From positions 928,001 to 992,000 of the forward strand of contig CAVSBL010000002.1 in the NCBI GenBank assembly GCA_963726255.1: DNA of 64,000 bases, given 5' to 3'. The notes below the pieces were generated by a model, which did not search any database, was not told where the DNA came from, and saw only the letters and a program-made list of their open reading frames with translations. This DNA comes from Candidatus Bathyarchaeota archaeon. Lineage in GTDB: Archaea; Thermoproteota; Bathyarchaeia; 40CM-2-53-6. The translations under genes were made by a program, and so were the position numbers. Positions 1 through 9,122 of this stretch are shown in pieces (within the stretch, counting starts at the first letter, position 1; each line of letters begins with the position of its first letter).

Positions 1-1
1 A

Positions 2-841
2 CAGGCGTATGCCCAAGCAAAGAAGCAATTGGAATACTATCTCTCGCTTTCGAAAGACCCACGTATCCAACTGATAACCGCTCACGAAGACATTGAAGCC
101 GTGATTAATGCAGGCGGCGGAAGGTTAGGATTGGTGTTGTCCATTGAGGGAGGCGATTCAATCCCCACACCCCAGCACGTTCACGAATGGTGGGCCAGCG
201 GAGTACGCATTATCGGCCCAGCTCACCGGAGAACGCAGTACGCTGGCGGCACAGGTCAACCAGGTCCGCTCACCCCAGCAGGCCGACAACTGCTTTCGGA
301 AATGGCTCGCAGGTCAATGATTCTTGACGTATCACATATGGCTGAAGAGAGTTTCTTTCAAGCCCTGGACCAGTTTCAAGGCCCTGTGATCGCCAGCCAT
401 TCCAACTGCCGCGCTTATCTGCCAACCGACCGGCAGCTCAGCGATGAGATGATTCAGCTTTTGGTCAAACGCGGCGGGGTAATTGGTGTGGTGCCTTACA
501 ACGACTTCTTGCTCGCGGACTGGAAGAAGAACCACAGACCAAAGACAGACGTTACCCTAGCTGCACTCGTCAAGCATATTCGGCACATGTGCGACGTGGC
601 GGGGGACACGATGCACGTGGGCATAGGGTCGGATTTCGACGGGGGCTTGGGTATGGAAAGCATTCCACTCGAAATGGATACCGCGGCCGACCTTCCAAAG
701 ATAGCTGACGCACTTGCACAAGCTCATTTTGCCGACAAAGAGATCGACAACATATTGGCCGGCAATTGGTTAAGATTCATTCAAGAATCGCTGCAGCCTC
801 GAACCTCCCGTCAGAACGAAAGTCACGTTCGACTAACGTAG
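2..841 (+). CDS. Membrane dipeptidase (peptidase M19 / renal dipeptidase family), 5'-truncated by window edge
   Basis: SIEG, DVSH, IASHSN and HVGIGSDFDG motifs; frame is open back to position 2. Confidence 0.9.
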   Translation, partial: QAYAQAKKQLEYYLSLSKDPRIQLITAHEDIEAVINAGGGRLGLVLSIEGGDSIPTPQHVHEWWASGVRIIGPAHRRTQYAGGTGQPGPLTPAGRQLLSEMARRSMILDVSHMAEESFFQALDQFQGPVIASHSNCRAYLPTDRQLSDEMIQLLVKRGGVIGVVPYNDFLLADWKKNHRPKTDVTLAALVKHIRHMCDVAGDTMHVGIGSDFDGGLGMESIPLEMDTAADLPKIADALAQAHFADKEIDNILAGNWLRFIQESLQPRTSRQNESHVRLT

Positions 842-967
842 CCAACGAGCCGAGTCCGAATCCCGGCGGTCGCACCACTTCTCTAGAGACTGATTGTGCA
901 CAATGGAAACAGAATTTTCAGCAACTCTTATCTATGCTCCCTCGCTTCAACAATCGCCGTGAGTTCT

Positions 968-1360
968 ATGGTGACCGAGAAAGTCATGCGATTTCAAGGA
1001 AAGAACAAAGATCTAAGTCAACTGTCGCAGCAAATTGCCCAAAACCTTCAGAACGAAGGGTACAAAGTACAAAGCACTTCTTCGGTGAGTCCTCCGGGGT
1101 TTGTAATTCAAGCACAGAAGGCCGGGATTCTGCGCGATATCATAACCGCTGATAGATGTTTCACAATTGCAATGAACGGGCAGCCAAACGATTTCACGGT
1201 GAAAATCGGGATAGGAAAGTGGGTGCAGAACCTAGCGGTTGCAGCCGCTGAGGCGATTCTGCTATCAGCCCTGTTCCTAGCCGTCGATGTCCCTGAAATG
1301 CTTTGGACCGTGCACATTGAAAACGGAATCGCAAAGAAAATAACCGAAACGATCGGCTAG
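968..1360 (+). CDS. Conserved hypothetical protein with a hydrophobic C-terminal segment
   Basis: ORF 896..1360; ATG at 968 (MVTEKVMRFQG) is the more plausible start; protein-like composition. Confidence 0.65.
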   Translation: MVTEKVMRFQGKNKDLSQLSQQIAQNLQNEGYKVQSTSSVSPPGFVIQAQKAGILRDIITADRCFTIAMNGQPNDFTVKIGIGKWVQNLAVAAAEAILLSALFLAVDVPEMLWTVHIENGIAKKITETIG

Positions 1361-1427
1361 CGCCCTCGCAAAGACAGCGCTGTTAACGGAGAGAGCGCTG
1401 TGTAAAATGGCGCTGGTGCCCTAACAG

Positions 1428-2045
1428 ATGAAGCATATTCTTGTAGTCAACCTCTTCCTCGACCGTAAACGTAAGTTAAGCTTCAACAAACTCGTTGCGA
1501 GAGTTAGGGAAGCGGGTGGGGAGGTCTCAACTGCTGACCAGGGAGCCTTGTCTAGCTCAGACCTGTCGGTTCTCAGCAGGTCCTGCGATGGCATTATCCT
1601 TAGCGGCACCGAAGCCTTGCTCACCCGTACGGCTGACCGAAAACAGTTCGAGAATCTCTTCGAATTCTTACCAAGGGTCGATGTCCCAATTTTGGGAATA
1701 TGCGGCGGCCATCAAGCAGTTGCGATTGCGTACGGTGGCGAAGTGGCAAAGTCGGCGCGCCATGTTGATAGCTTTCGGACGGTTGAACTCGAAGATAAGG
1801 ACCATCTGCTAGCCGGCCTGACGGCGAAGATCAGGGTAATGCAGAGTCACTATGAAGAAGTAAAGCGCCTACCGCCGAAGTTCGTGCGAATTGCAAAATC
1901 AAAGGACACGAAAATCGAAGCAATGAAACATGAGGAGAAACTTGTGTACGGCGTGCAATTTCACCCAGAGAGATGGAACGAAGAGAACCAAGCGGGCAAG
2001 CGAATTCTAGAGAACTTCATTGAAAAAATAGCTGCAAAACAGTAG
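1428..2045 (+). CDS. Class I glutamine amidotransferase (GMP synthase subunit A-like)
   Basis: PILGICGGHQ nucleophile and GVQFHPE catalytic motifs. Confidence 0.9.
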   Translation: MKHILVVNLFLDRKRKLSFNKLVARVREAGGEVSTADQGALSSSDLSVLSRSCDGIILSGTEALLTRTADRKQFENLFEFLPRVDVPILGICGGHQAVAIAYGGEVAKSARHVDSFRTVELEDKDHLLAGLTAKIRVMQSHYEEVKRLPPKFVRIAKSKDTKIEAMKHEEKLVYGVQFHPERWNEENQAGKRILENFIEKIAAKQ

Positions 2046-2142
2046 GTCGTTTATCAGAAGTGGAAGGCAGGCTAAGCGCCTGGGTCTTAGAACATAAAGC
2101 CTCTTCGGAAAAAAGTTGTGGGCGTGAGTCAGGGTGCAACCT

Positions 2143-3453
2143 TCACGCAATATCCTCATGGAGGTAAGGGTTCGAAGGGCTAAGTAAGTATGTGAAGCCT
2201 GCCCCACTCGCCATGAATAGACCGGCGACAATGAAGGTTACGTAGAATCCTAGGTAGAAGGAGATGAACCCTGAGATGAATGAGCCTACCATTGTTGCGA
2301 AACCAACGAATGCGCTGTAGATCCCCAAAGCGGACCCCTGCCCACTCCGGCCGAGCGTGTTGAAGACCATCACATTGGAAGCCGCGTAGTAGACCGCGTA
2401 CGCAAGCCCCGCGGCCAATGTATAGAACACTGTCGTATACGCGAAGAACGGAAGTCCTACGAAGAAGAAAGCGGCGACTCCAATCGCCAGATAACTGAGT
2501 GAGCGTAACACGAGCCCTCCGACGGCGCTCTGCCTCAAGTTTTGCTCATTCATACGTTTCCCATAGTAAATGAACGAGATTGTTTGGACGATCATGGAAA
2601 CTAGGGATACGAGGAAGACTTCGCTCTTCGAAACATTGGCTTTGTACAAGGATGGAACGAGGGACGTGTTGAATATCCCGCTGGCAAAGTAAAATGCTGC
2701 AATAGAACTGTAGAGCAGTACGGGTTCCCTTGTCAAGGGAGATTTTCCGCCCTTGAAGAATCGCCTGAAATCCATCAAGCTCGGTAATTTCAAGAAAAAC
2801 AGCGGCAACGCTAAGAGCCGGTGGAAGAAACTCCGGCTGAACATCACGATCATTTCGCGTTCAAAGACAAAGCCAGGCTCCTTGATCATAACGGCCGACA
2901 TTGCAGCCGAAAGCACTGAGAGCGCGCTCAACGGGATGACGAGAAGGGTGAACGGTAGGAAATCACCCCAAGCAACACCGAGCAGCAACCCAACGACAAC
3001 GCCGACACTTGACATCATCGACAAGCGAGCGAAAACCAAGGCCCATCGTGATTTCGGCTGAGTCTCCATTATCAGTAAGTTCAACGGCGTCGCGGCCGCA
3101 GATGACACAAGTGAGAAGATTGAGTAAAGGACGTCCACCCCATAGATCGTCCGGGCTGTGAGAAATAGAATCAGGGTTCCCCCAACAGCAGCGTAGCTCA
3201 GAACTATGATCGGTTTCCTTCGCTCAGAACGGTCTGTTGCGAACCCCCAGATTATTGCGGCTGGGATTGTCACCGCATTGAATAGTGTAGTTGCAAGGGC
3301 AATGTCGATCACTGACCCATGAAGTGTCAAGATGTACAATTGAACGAACGTCGATACCGGACCAAGTGCGATGTTGATGGGTAAAGTGGAATAGATCCAA
3401 TCGGCCTTCATCTCGCTTGGTTTCGAGTTATCAGTTGAGGAAACCACTTTCAA
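2143..3453 (-). CDS. MFS transporter
   Basis: About 12 hydrophobic helices; WGFATDRSERRK resembles MFS motif A. Confidence 0.85.
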   Translation of the reverse strand: MKVVSSTDNSKPSEMKADWIYSTLPINIALGPVSTFVQLYILTLHGSVIDIALATTLFNAVTIPAAIIWGFATDRSERRKPIIVLSYAAVGGTLILFLTARTIYGVDVLYSIFSLVSSAAATPLNLLIMETQPKSRWALVFARLSMMSSVGVVVGLLLGVAWGDFLPFTLLVIPLSALSVLSAAMSAVMIKEPGFVFEREMIVMFSRSFFHRLLALPLFFLKLPSLMDFRRFFKGGKSPLTREPVLLYSSIAAFYFASGIFNTSLVPSLYKANVSKSEVFLVSLVSMIVQTISFIYYGKRMNEQNLRQSAVGGLVLRSLSYLAIGVAAFFFVGLPFFAYTTVFYTLAAGLAYAVYYAASNVMVFNTLGRSGQGSALGIYSAFVGFATMVGSFISGFISFYLGFYVTFIVAGLFMASGAGFTYLLSPSNPYLHEDIA

Positions 3454-3549
3454 TCCCCATGGCCGGCGCCACCAGGCTGATGGCTAGTTAGGCAATGAGC
3501 CCAAACGCTACGTCTAGCTCTTTACTGTGTTGTTTCCAATTTGCGATAG

Positions 3550-3669
3550 TTAGCGAACTATTCCGTGGATTGTTTTCTCATGGGCCCTAAGCTCCTCCAA
3601 CGTTTCGAAGAATCGCTTGCACGCGGGACAGATGTAAGTTCCCACAAATACTGGTTTATCCGTCGCCAT
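3550..3669 (-). CDS. C2H2 zinc-finger microprotein (39 aa)
   Basis: Manual translation MATDKPVFVGTYICPACKRFFETLEELRAHEKTIHGIVR fits Y-x-C-x2-C-x3-F-x5-L-x2-H-x4-H; not in ORF track. Confidence 0.75.
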   Translation of the reverse strand: MATDKPVFVGTYICPACKRFFETLEELRAHEKTIHGIVR

Positions 3670-3913
3670 GGGCTCCATCTACTGGTGGTCTGGTGTTCTT
3701 GCGCAACCATAAATGCGTATACTAGATTCAGACCCGAGAGTCGCCGCCTGTCACTTATACGAGAACTCCAAGGCATTGCACTGAATTCACGTCGCGCGTT
3801 GGTCTGTTATTTCAAAGTGTCGTGAGTCACCGGAGCACACGATACATCGTGATATCTTCCATTCCGATTTGCGCCTGAAAGGATTATACACACGTTTCGA
3901 TAACGCGCCATTT

Positions 3914-4705
3914 ATGGCACTGACGATTTTCCATGTGGACGCATTCACAGAGAAGCCCTTCGCTGGGAACCCTGCCGCAGTCTGCATTCTACCGGAACCG
4001 CGTGAAGATGGTTGGATGCAAAATGTAGCCCGGGAAATGAACCTGTCCGAGACCGCTTTTCTTCAGAGGCGGGGAAACGGGTTTAACCTCCGCTGGTTCA
4101 CGCCGGCTGTCGAAGTGGACCTTTGTGGGCATGCGACCCTCGCAAGCGCTCACATCCTTTGGGAGCAGGAAATTCTGAAGTCGGACGAGGCGGCTCGGTT
4201 TCACACTCGCAGTGGCCTTCTATTGGCGCAGCGCCAAGGTGAGTGGATTGAACTCAATTTCCCATCCCTCCCGGACAAGCGGACAAAAGTCCCCCGCGGC
4301 CTTCCTAAGGCTCTTGGGGCAAAGCCAAGGTACGTTGGCAGAAGTCGGTTTGATTACATTGTTGAAGTGGGATCGGAGAAAACTGTCAGGGGATTGAGGC
4401 CTGACTTCACCCGCCTTTCGGCTCTACCAATCCGCGGGCTTATCGTGACCGCCAAGGCAACAACCAAGCCATATGATTTCGTTAGTCGCTTCTTTGCGCC
4501 TAGGGCCGGAGTCAACGAGGACCCCGTAACGGGCTCAGCACACTGTGTCCTAGGCCCTTTCTGGTGCGACCGGCTAGGCAAGAACGAGCTACTGGCCTAC
4601 CAAGCCTCGGCTCGCGGCGGCGTAGTACGCGTTCGGGTCGGCGATAAACGGGTGTACATCGGCGGCCAAGCCGTCACTGTTTTACGAGCAGAATTCCGCG
4701 AATAA
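3914..4705 (+). CDS. PhzF family isomerase/epimerase
   Basis: VDAFT..GNPAAV, EMNLSETAF, EVDLCGHAT and EDPVTGSAH motifs. Confidence 0.95.
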   Translation: MALTIFHVDAFTEKPFAGNPAAVCILPEPREDGWMQNVAREMNLSETAFLQRRGNGFNLRWFTPAVEVDLCGHATLASAHILWEQEILKSDEAARFHTRSGLLLAQRQGEWIELNFPSLPDKRTKVPRGLPKALGAKPRYVGRSRFDYIVEVGSEKTVRGLRPDFTRLSALPIRGLIVTAKATTKPYDFVSRFFAPRAGVNEDPVTGSAHCVLGPFWCDRLGKNELLAYQASARGGVVRVRVGDKRVYIGGQAVTVLRAEFRE

Positions 4706-4871
4706 TTCCCTAGAGAGACAATACGCGAGGCCTCTTGCCCACTTATCACGACGATTCGTTTCAACCGACCTGCCGTTCTTTCCATTCTCTCCACCACCAA
4801 CTATATTGCTTAACACGGGCACGTATGCTTCAAGAAACGCTGGTTCAAACAGGGTCTTGGAGGTGAATTGA

Positions 4872-4991
4872 ATGACAGTAAACATAACAGTAGCCAATTT
4901 ACCGACTTGTAGGAAGTGTTCTGAGGGTACTCTGCTCCCGGTTGCGGATACCTGGAAATGCTCCAATCCCGACTGTGACTTCGAATTGTAG
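4872..4991 (+). CDS. Zinc-ribbon microprotein (39 aa)
   Basis: MTVNITVANLPTCRKCSEGTLLPVADTWKCSNPDCDFEL (CxxC...CxxxxC), preceded by strong SD GGAGGTGA at about 4859-4866; not in ORF track. Confidence 0.75.
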   Translation: MTVNITVANLPTCRKCSEGTLLPVADTWKCSNPDCDFEL

Positions 4992-5047
4992 TGCATCGGC
5001 GATGGAACGGCAAAAAACCCGGTGGCGCCCCTCTGCGATTGGGGCGT

Positions 5048-5488
5048 TTACTTGTTTGCTTTCTTGGCAATGAGCCCGTCAATGCTTAGTAGGGAGCTTC
5101 CATTCGCGAGTAACACAAGTGCCCCAGCCATCAGGCCGTAGTCCTTGGTTAGTGCGCCTATTCCCCCCATGAGGCCTACGCTGCCAGTGATGGCGAATTC
5201 TACGACCGGCCATACAGCTGTTAACCTTGTGAGTAGACCCAGGATCAGGGCGATCGCTCCAAGAGTTTCAAGGGTTGTGAAAAGATAGGAGAGGGGCACT
5301 ACCATGCTTGGCCCAAATAGGTTTCGAACAAGCCCGTTTGCTTGCGGATTTCCCGCGGCCAACGCAATCCAGCGTGGAATGTCGGAGTTGAGCCAAAACC
5401 CAGCTATGGCAAGTCGAAGGGCGACAAACGCGTACTGGCCCCGACCAGTGGGCTTAGGAAACAGAAATGAAGCTAACTTGGAATTCAA
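5048..5488 (-). CDS. DoxX family membrane protein
   Basis: LRLAIA, ETLGAIALILGLLTR and G.SLLSID pattern; 4 TM. Confidence 0.8.
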   Translation of the reverse strand: MNSKLASFLFPKPTGRGQYAFVALRLAIAGFWLNSDIPRWIALAAGNPQANGLVRNLFGPSMVVPLSYLFTTLETLGAIALILGLLTRLTAVWPVVEFAITGSVGLMGGIGALTKDYGLMAGALVLLANGSSLLSIDGLIAKKANK

Positions 5489-5539
5489 CGAAAAACCAGT
5501 CTGGCTTCATTTAGGCGACCGGATTTAAGCCTAACCCTT

Positions 5540-6037
5540 TCATTCGCGTAGTTCTTCAATTGTGTCACCTTGCGCGGCTTCGCCTTCCTCTTCTACGCTC
5601 GCGTACCAGCCCCTCCGCTGGTAGAGGGCTTTCACAATATCATTGTCCTTTCCAGCGTATGAAAGCACGTATAGGTTTGAGCACGGGTCGCAAGGCTTGG
5701 TGATCTTAATCACAGCTCGCCCAATTTTGTATCGCTTCCCCGGAGCGAAGCTGCTGTATGGGATTCGTGACGTTGTGAAATTTTCGCCAATATCTCCCGG
5801 TTTGATCGGCCAGCCTTCCCTGTTGAGTTCTTGAATTGTCTCGATGGGCATGAGAAGCACAGCCATCGCAGGGTCATCGTGCGCTTCCTCATGCCGCCAT
5901 CTGTTGAAGTCGCCTACAAGCCCATTCCGTTTCACTAACACACGATCAACCGGCCTCTTCGGGAGTCCTCTTTCACCATGCGCCTCCGCTTTGACATTGA
6001 TTTGGCGCACTTCACCTATGGCCCGTTCAGAATTCAT
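5540..6037 (-). CDS. MOSC domain protein
   Basis: GLVGD, GENFTT, PCDPC and RGWYASV motifs. Confidence 0.9.
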   Translation of the reverse strand: MNSERAIGEVRQINVKAEAHGERGLPKRPVDRVLVKRNGLVGDFNRWRHEEAHDDPAMAVLLMPIETIQELNREGWPIKPGDIGENFTTSRIPYSSFAPGKRYKIGRAVIKITKPCDPCSNLYVLSYAGKDNDIVKALYQRRGWYASVEEEGEAAQGDTIEELRE

Positions 6038-6620
6038 GATGCTCAGCCGAGCTTTTGCGTCTTGAGTGAGATTTAATGATTGACTGGGCGCTTACGCCGA
6101 CCGGCGACGCCCCCTCTAGGTTCAGAGCCTTCTCGTAAACTTCGTAGTCGGATTGCGAGAAGCAGACAAAGATAATCTTCTCGATGCTCTTCGTATTCTC
6201 GATGGCCTCGCTCACAGTTCGGGCGGCGATCGGTGCAGCTCTTTCGATCGGGAAGCCGTAGGCGCCTGTGCTAATAGAGGGGAAAGCGGTTGTTTTGACT
6301 CCATTATCTTCTGCCAAGTTCAATGAGTTTCTGTAGCAGTTTCGAAGGAGCTCGTCTTCACCTGCTTTTCCGCCTCGCCAAACCGGGCCCACCGTATGGA
6401 TCACGTGTTTTGCTTGTAGATGGTACGCTTTGGTGATTCTTGCTTCTCCGGTGGGGCAGCCGCCGATTCTGCGGCATTCCTCCAAGATTCCAGGGCCAGC
6501 GGCCCGGTGAATGGCACCGTCCACTCCACCACCACCTAGCAGAGTCGTGTTGGCAGCGTTCACAATTGCGCCAACCTTTTGCTTCGTAATATCGCCGAGC
6601 ACTAGCTCAATCTTCGCCAA
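6027..6620 (-). CDS. Macro domain O-acetyl-ADP-ribose deacetylase (YmdB-like)
   Basis: [19 protein letters not shown] and [12 protein letters not shown] motifs. Confidence 0.95.
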   Translation of the reverse strand: MAKIELVLGDITKQKVGAIVNAANTTLLGGGGVDGAIHRAAGPGILEECRRIGGCPTGEARITKAYHLQAKHVIHTVGPVWRGGKAGEDELLRNCYRNSLNLAEDNGVKTTAFPSISTGAYGFPIERAAPIAARTVSEAIENTKSIEKIIFVCFSQSDYEVYEKALNLEGASPVGVSAQSIIKSHSRRKSSAEHHEF

Positions 6621-6667
6621 CCCGCTGTCCCCAATACGATCTTCTTCGCCTGTTATTCGGTTCTACC

Positions 6668-7174
6668 CTAGTCTAATCCGTAGGGCTTAAGGAACGTGAC
6701 CACACGCTCCTTTACGGCAAAGTACAAAATCGAACCGAGTATGCCTATGGCTATAATGCTCCCCAGCATGACTTCAGCCCAACCGGTTACGATGGGAATT
6801 GCAAAAAGGTAGCTAAGGTAACTGCCTACAATCAGGCTGACTACGAGGATCTCGACAGCTACCCCAACCATTCCCCATGATTTGGATTTGTGGCGTGCTA
6901 TACGCCATGCAATGAAGGTTGCCAGAAAGTTAGCGATCGCTCCGCCCACCATGTCAACGGGCCCCAAGCCTCCGAAAATATTGGCGACCAAGGCACCAAG
7001 CGACAAACCCACAACGGCTGGCCAACCAAAAAGCATGGCGAGCGGCAGAAGTGCGTCTGCTACTCTCACTTGGAATGGCAGGAAACTAATTTGTGCGAGA
7101 ACCACTACGCCCACTGCGTAAACGGCTGCGAACACCGCCGTCAAAGTGACAGATACCGATTTCTTGCTTTTCAC
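6668..7174 (-). CDS. queT: QueT family transporter (7-deazaguanine precursor uptake)
   Basis: ISFLPFQVRVADAL, GLSLGALVAN..G.LGPVD.VGG signature; SD GGGAGG upstream. Confidence 0.85.
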   Translation of the reverse strand: MKSKKSVSVTLTAVFAAVYAVGVVVLAQISFLPFQVRVADALLPLAMLFGWPAVVGLSLGALVANIFGGLGPVDMVGGAIANFLATFIAWRIARHKSKSWGMVGVAVEILVVSLIVGSYLSYLFAIPIVTGWAEVMLGSIIAIGILGSILYFAVKERVVTFLKPYGLD

Positions 7175-7177
7175 TAC

Positions 7178-7254
7178 GTAACCTCCCTACTCCGGGGTTT
7201 TGTTCGGCGCAACGGGTGGGAGGCCCCACTCATGCGCCTCTATGGCGCAAACAA
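7178..7254 (-). promoter_or_regulatory. Structured 5' leader of queT, candidate riboswitch/translational switch
   Basis: Alternative pairings of GGCGCA with two UGCGCC copies, GUGGG/CCCAC hairpin, AACAAAAC tail, and anti-SD CCUCCC complementary to SD GGGAGG. Confidence 0.45.
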
Positions 7255-7338
7255 GGTCAAATCAGAATTAAGTCTTTCCGACACTGCGGGAAGGTTAAGA
7301 AAAATGTAGGAAAGGCCGCTAGGCCTTTCAGAAGTCGT

Positions 7339-7488
7339 CTACGCGACGGCTGCGCGGTTCTGTAGTTTTTTGCTCGCTTCTAGCAGCTTCTCGCGTGTCT
7401 TCGAGTTGCCGAGGACACCGGCTACGACTGCGCCGATTGCGAAGGATGCGAGGGCTAGGGCGAAGCTTCGTCTGGATTCTGCACTCAT
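7339..7488 (-). CDS. Small single-pass membrane protein (49 aa, YtxH-like architecture)
   Basis: MSAESRRSFALALASFAIGAVVAGVLGNSKTREKLLEASKKLQNRAAVA with SD GGAGGT; not in ORF track. Confidence 0.75.
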   Translation of the reverse strand: MSAESRRSFALALASFAIGAVVAGVLGNSKTREKLLEASKKLQNRAAVA

Positions 7489-7721
7489 TTGTTTTCTTAC
7501 CTCCTGTGATTGCGATTCGAGAGTGCAGTTAGTGTTTGAGGTATATTAATGTACCATAAATGAAACATTCATATACCAACAACCATGTAAGGTCTGGTCA
7601 TGGCAACCCGCCCGGTTGGACATGGTGGAATAGTCATAAGCCCGAAATCCTCCTCAACCCCACCAACCCATTTCTCCATGCCCACCGTCGGGCCGCCAAT
7701 GCGCGAAGAGGTGAAATTCTC

Positions 7722-7883
7722 TTGGTGAAATGTCTCAAATGCGGCGGCGAAGTTGCAGGACCAGCGAAAGAATGGGATATGCATCCCAAAGATGGACGAG
7801 GACCGGCGCTACACATCAAGCACTTCTCCTGCCCCCAATGCGGGAAGAAATTCAGGCTGGCAACGAAGTTAGCAGGCGCCTGA
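7722..7883 (+). CDS. Cren7-like chromatin protein with zinc-ribbon cysteines
   Basis: MVKCLKCGGEVAGPAKEWDMHPKDGRGPALHIKHFSCPQCGKKFR resembles the Cren7 K.W...PK..G...I..F..P..GK.FR pattern; SD GAGGTGA. Confidence 0.65.
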   Translation: MVKCLKCGGEVAGPAKEWDMHPKDGRGPALHIKHFSCPQCGKKFRLATKLAGA

Positions 7884-7929
7884 CATGGAGTCCCCGCCCC
7901 CATCCTTTTTCCCGACTTCACTTGTTCGC

Positions 7930-8904
7930 TTAGACAGGTGGCGCCTGTAGCCTTCGTTTCTCACGTGGAAGCTCCGTCCATTTCACAAACTCCCGCGATG
8001 GCGGATCTTCTTCATACAGGCGTTCTCGTTGAGATTCAAGCAACTTTGGGCGGTCGCCCAAGTACCCGGCTGCGGTAACCAATTCATGCCCGGCTTCTGA
8101 GCTGGCCTGAAGCACGGATTTCGCTTCGTCCTCCCACTTCTCAGAGCGTAGCACATGATGTTCGAATATTATCTTCGGGGTTTTCCCAGCTATTCTAGAG
8201 GCGTTCTCTAACCCCTTGTGGATGGAAGCTTTGTCGACTCGGACGCCTTCCAAGTACAACGGCGGCCCTCCTAGGATTAGGGTGCCGGGTTTCTCTTTCA
8301 ATATCAGCCGAGTGGTCAGCTTAGACATAGGACCCTGAACGTCCGACGCGTGAAGCACCTTCTCCCCCTGAGATTCAATCGTCGTCATGAGAACCCACCC
8401 GAGTTCCGTTTCGTCTTCCCCGTGCGGGACCGGTTGAGAAATCTTCACCGTCGTGGCGCCAAATTCATAATCCCTGCCATCAGCCACCTCGCATTTGCTC
8501 CCGATCCGCTTCACAAACCGCTGGAACATCCATCCCCTCCTGCGCTGGTTGAAGTTGATAGCGTTCCGAATATCCTTCACAAGAACAAGCTTGTCCCGAT
8601 AGATTTGCTCAGATTCTTCAGCACTGCTCCCAAGCCAGACAGGTTCGGTGTAGTTCGGTGTGTGGTGGTCGTTGTGGTAGTGGGAGATGACTACGACATT
8701 AGCCTTCGCCGCATATTCCCTGATCCGCTTACGACATTGGTCCCGCGCACGATACTCCTGCGGGTGGGGTAGTTTTCGGAAACGTGGGCCCAACGCGACG
8801 CCTGCGTCGACCAAGATTCTCACGTCGGGCGTCTCGATGAAAGTGCACATCGACCTGACGCCTAGACTTTCAAACCCGACGGGCACTATTCGCACCGCAG
8901 GCAA
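7930..8904 (-). CDS. Metallo-beta-lactamase-fold hydrolase (UPF0282 family)
   Basis: ESLGVRSM, SHYHNDH, VPHG, ASDVQG and EHH.LR motifs. Confidence 0.9.
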   Translation of the reverse strand: MPAVRIVPVGFESLGVRSMCTFIETPDVRILVDAGVALGPRFRKLPHPQEYRARDQCRKRIREYAAKANVVVISHYHNDHHTPNYTEPVWLGSSAEESEQIYRDKLVLVKDIRNAINFNQRRRGWMFQRFVKRIGSKCEVADGRDYEFGATTVKISQPVPHGEDETELGWVLMTTIESQGEKVLHASDVQGPMSKLTTRLILKEKPGTLILGGPPLYLEGVRVDKASIHKGLENASRIAGKTPKIIFEHHVLRSEKWEDEAKSVLQASSEAGHELVTAAGYLGDRPKLLESQRERLYEEDPPSREFVKWTELPREKRRLQAPPV

Positions 8905-9023
8905 TTTTTCGCATCAACCTTCATTCAGAGATTCTAGGTGCGACTACTGGCCGCGTTGAACATAAGCTTGCAAATTGCTTGTGTTAGATATGCAAATTAG
9001 CGGGTGTTATGCTAGCTCTATTG

Positions 9024-9089
9024 GCGGGCGATGACGAGTCTGGCCCAATTGATCGTAAAGTGAGATGGATCTTGAGTGCGGGAGCCCGC
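9024..9089 (+). ncRNA. Candidate box C/D guide sRNA (putative tRNA-Leu(CAA) anticodon-loop guide)
   Basis: Terminal stem GCGGGC/GCCCGC, C-like ATGACGA, D' TTGA, C'-like GTGAGA, D-like CGGGA; guide TGGATCTTGAGT is complementary to ACUCAAGAUCCA. Confidence 0.5.
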
Positions 9090-9122
9090 AGTTACTGCTA
9101 TCCTGAAGTGTAAAGCGGCGTG

